Shown here piece after piece: positions 47,872 through 51,575 of a DNA stretch of 51,575 nucleotides (position 1 is the first letter of the stretch; each line of letters opens with the position of its first letter). Position numbers and translations under genes: made by a program. Below the pieces are notes generated by a model that saw nothing but the letters and a program-made list of their open reading frames with translations, searched no databases and was not told the DNA's origin. The stretch is from Macrostomum lignano (Eukaryota), in assembly GCA_002269645.1 (NCBI GenBank), contig NIVC01003536.1, positions 1 to 51,575 on the forward strand, given 5' to 3'.

Positions 47872-50800
47872 CTGTGTCACAGCTGTCTGTTGAGTCACTG
47901 TGTCAGATAGCTCATGTCTGTTGAGTCAGTGTGTCACAGCTGTCTGTTGAGTCAGTGTGTCAATAGCTGTGTCTGTTGAGTCAGTGTCATAGCTCATGTC
48001 TGTTGAGTCACTGTTGTCATAGCTCATGTCTGTTGAGTCAGTGTGTCAGATAGCTCATGTCTGTTGAGTCAGTGTGTCAGATAGCTCATGTCTGTTGAGT
48101 CAGTGTGTCAGATAGCTCATGTCTGTTGAGTCAGTGTGTCAGATAGCTCATGTCTGTTGAGTCAGTGTGTCAGATAGCTCATGTCTGTTGAGTCAGTGTG
48201 TCAGATAGCTCATGTCTGTTGAGTCAGTGTGTCAGATAGCTCATGTCTGTTGAGTCAGTGTGTCAGATAGCTCATGTCTGTTGAGTCAGTGTGTCAGATA
48301 GCTCATGTCTGTTGAGTCAGTGTGTCAGATAGCTCATGTCTGTTGAGTCAGTGTGTCAGATAGCTCATGTCTGTTGAGTCAGTGTGTCAGATAGCTCATG
48401 TCTGTTGAGTCAGTGTGTCAGATAGCTCATGTCTGTTGAGTCAGTGTGTCAGATAGCTCATGTCTGTTGAGTCAGTGTGTCAATAGCTCATGTCTGTTGA
48501 GTCACTGTGTCAGATAGCTCATGTCTGTTGAGTCAGTGTGTCAGATAGCTCATGTCTGTTGAGTCAGTGTGTCACAGATAGCTCATGTCTGTTGAGTCAC
48601 TGTGTCAGATAGCTCATGTCTGTTGAGTCAGTGTGTCAGATAGCTCATGTCTGTTGAGTCACTGTGTCAGATAGCTCATGTCTGTTGAGTCAGTGTGTCA
48701 GATAGCTGATGTCTGCTGAGTCAGTGTGTCAGATAGCTCATGTCTGTTGAGTCACTGTGTCACAATAGCTCATGTCTGTTGAGTCACTGTGTCAGATAGC
48801 TCATGTCTGTTGAGTCAGTGTGTCAGATAGCTCATGTCTGTTGAGTCAGTGTGTCAGATAGCTTGTCTGTTTGAGTCACTGTGTCAGATAGCTCATGTCT
48901 GTTGAGTCAGTGTGTCAGATAGCTCATGTCTGTTGAGTCACGTGTGTCAGATAGCTCATGTCTGTTGAGTCAGTGTCAGATAGCTCATGTCTGTTGAGTC
49001 AGTGTGTCAGATAGCTCATGTCTGTTGAGTCACTGTGTCAGATAGCTCATGTCTGTTGAGTCAGTGTGTCAGATAGCTCATGTCTGTTGAGTCAGTGTGT
49101 CAGATAGCTCATGTCTGTTGAGTCAGTGTGTCAGATAGCTCATGTCTGTTGAGTCACTGTGTCAGATAGCTCATGTCTGTTGAGTCAGTGTGTCAGATAG
49201 CTCATGTCTGTTGAGTCAGTGTGTCACAGATAGCTCATGTCTGTTGAGTCACTGTGTCAGATAGCTCATGTCTGTTGAGTCAGTGTGTCAGATAGCTCAT
49301 GTCTGTTGAGTCACTGTGTCAGATAGCTCATGTCTGTTGAGTCAGTGTGTCAGATAGCTGATGTCTGTTGAGTCAGTTGTCAGATAGCTCATGTCTGTTG
49401 AGTCACTGTGTCAATAGCTCATGTCTGTTGAGTCACTGTGTCAGATAGCTGATGTCTGTTGAGTCAGTGTGTCAGATAGCTGATGTCTGTTGAGTCAGTG
49501 TGTCAGATAGCTCATGTCTGTTGAGTCACTGTGTCAGATAGCTCATGTCTGTTGAGTCAGTGTGTCAGATAGCTGATGTCTGTTGAGTCAGGTGTCAGAT
49601 AGCTCATGTCTGTTGAGTCAGTGTGTCACAAGCTCATGTCTGTTGAGTCAGTGTGTCAGATAGCATGTCTGTTGAGTCAGTGTGTCAGATAGCTGATGTC
49701 TGTTGAGTCAGTTGTCAGATAGCTCATGTCTGTTGAGTCACTGTGTCAATAGCTGATGTCTGTTGAGTCAGTGTGTCAGATAGCTGATGTCTGTTGAGTC
49801 AGTGTGTCAGATAGCTGATGTCTGTTGAGTCAGTGTGTCAGATAGCTCATGTCTGTTGAGTCAGTGTGTCAGATAGCTCATGTCTGTTGAGTCAGTGTGT
49901 CAGATAGCTGATGTCTGTTGAGTCAGTGTGTCAGATAGCTCATGTCTGTTGAGTCAGTGTGTCAGATAGCTCATGTCTGTTGAGTCAGTGTGTCAGATAG
50001 CTCATGTCTGTTGAGTCAGTGTGTCAGATAGCTCATGTCTGTTGAGTCAGTGTGTCACAATGCTCATGTCTGTTGAGTCAGTGTGTCAGATAGCTCATGT
50101 CTGTTGATTCAGTGTGTCACAAAGCTCATGTCTGTTGAGTCAGTGTGTCACAATGCTCATGTCTGTTGAGTCAGTGTGTCAGATAGCTCATGTCTGTTGA
50201 TTCAGTGTGTCAGAAGCTCATGTCTGTTGAGTCAGTGTGTCAGATAGCTCATGTCTGTTGAGTCAGTGTGTCAGATAGCTCATGTCTGTTGAGTCAGTGT
50301 GTCAAAAGCTCATGTCTGTTGAGTCACTGTGTCAGATAGCTCATGTCTGTTGAGTCAGTGTGTCAGATAGCTGATGTCTGTTGAGTCAGTGTGTCAGATA
50401 GCTCATGTCTGTTGAGTCACTGTGTCAGATAGCTCATGTCTGTTGAGTCACTGTGTCAGATAGCTCATGTCTGTTGAGTCAGTGTGTCAGATAGCTCATG
50501 TCTGTTGAGTCACTGTGTCAGATAGCTCATGTCTGTTGAGTCAGTGTGTCAGATAGCTCATGTCTGTTGAGTCACTGTGTCAGATAGCTCATGTCTGTTG
50601 AGTCACTGTGTCAGATAGCTCATGTCTGTTGAGTCACTGTGTCACAAAGCTCATGTCTGTTGAGTCAGTGTGTCAGATAGCTCATGTCTGTTGAGTCAGT
50701 GTGTCAGATAGCTGATGTCTGTTGAGTCAGTGTGTCAGATAGCTCATGTCTGTTGAGTCACTGTGTCAGATAGCTCATGTCTGTTGAGTCAGTGTGTCAG

Positions 50801-51575
50801 ATAGCTCATGTCTGTTGAGTCAGTGTGTCACAAAGCTCATGTCTGTTGAGTCAGTGTGTCAGATAGCTCATGTCTGTTGAGTCAGTGTGTCAGATAGCTC
50901 ATGTCTGTTGAGTCAGTGTGTCAGATAGCTGATGTCTGTTGAGTCAGTGTGTCAGATAGCTCATGTCTGTTGAGTCAGTGTGTCAGATAGCTCATGTCTG
51001 TTGAGTCAGTGTGTCAGATAGCTCATGTCTGTTGAGTCAGTGTGTCAGATAGCTCATGTCTGTTGAGTCAGTGTGTCAGATAGCTCATGTCTGTTGAGTC
51101 AGTGTGTCAGATAGCTCATGTCTGTTGAGTCAGTGTGTCACATAGCTCATGTCTGTTGAGTCAGTGTGTCAGATAGCTCATGTCTGTTGAGTCAGTGTGT
51201 CAGATAGCTCATGTCTGTTGAGTCAGTGTGTCAGATAGCTCATGTCTGTTGAGTCAGTGTGTCAGATAGCTCATGTCTGTTGAGTCAGTGTGTCACATAG
51301 CTCATGTCTGTTGAGTCAGTGTGTCAGATAGCTCATGTCTGTTGAGTCACTGTGTCAGATAGCTCAGTCTGTTGAGTCAGTGTGTCAGATAGCTGATGTC
51401 TGTTGAGTCACTGTGTCAGATAGCTCATGTCTGTTGAGTCATGTGTCACAAAGCTCATGTCTGTTGAGTCACTGTGTCAGTAGCTAGCTCTTTGATCAGT
51501 GTGTCAGGATGTCTGTGTGTCAGATAGCTCATGTCTGTTGAGTCACTGTGTCAGATAGTCATGTCTGTTGAGTCA
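47872..51575. repeat. Satellite, 31-bp unit GTCTGTTGAGTCAGTGTGTCAGATAGCTCAT, roughly 115-120 copies, running off the window end
   Basis: Direct reading; highly homogeneous, with recurrent CAG/CAC and CTC/CTG variants. Confidence 0.98.

Noticed and set aside
47872-51575. CRISPR-like appearance of 31-36 bp repeats (also 20341-22391, 44530-45162)
   Set aside because: Head-to-tail units with no unique spacers, no cas genes, eukaryotic context.

Overview
Eukaryotic (animal) genomic DNA with GC- and CpG-rich exons, short spliceosomal introns and very dense mini/microsatellites. The composition resembles a free-living flatworm such as Macrostomum, but that is my inference, not something the sequence proves. 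Four genes are supported: a small PH-like ORF (+, 2.4-2.8 kb); an ATP11-like P4-ATPase flippase (-, 3.8-7.75 kb, 5 exons, one apparent 1-bp deletion); a large RBMS/shep-like two-RRM RNA-binding gene (+, 18.3-45.5 kb, up to 8 exons, one apparent 1-bp deletion); and the last two exons of a divergent 14-3-3 gene (-, 47.6-47.85 kb) that the ORF track misses. The 11.5-18 kb intergenic block is a transposon graveyard. It holds a palindromic Penelope-like remnant with two minimal hammerhead-ribozyme motifs, a 12-bp target duplication and a one-sided tail, plus two MITE-like elements, a decayed DUF4806-like ORF and a small hairpin. Differences between paired inverted-repeat arms there are mostly CpG transitions. 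A rearranged piggyBac element with TTAA target duplications sits at 23.7-25.4 kb. Most long ORFs in the supplied track are artefacts of tandem repeats.
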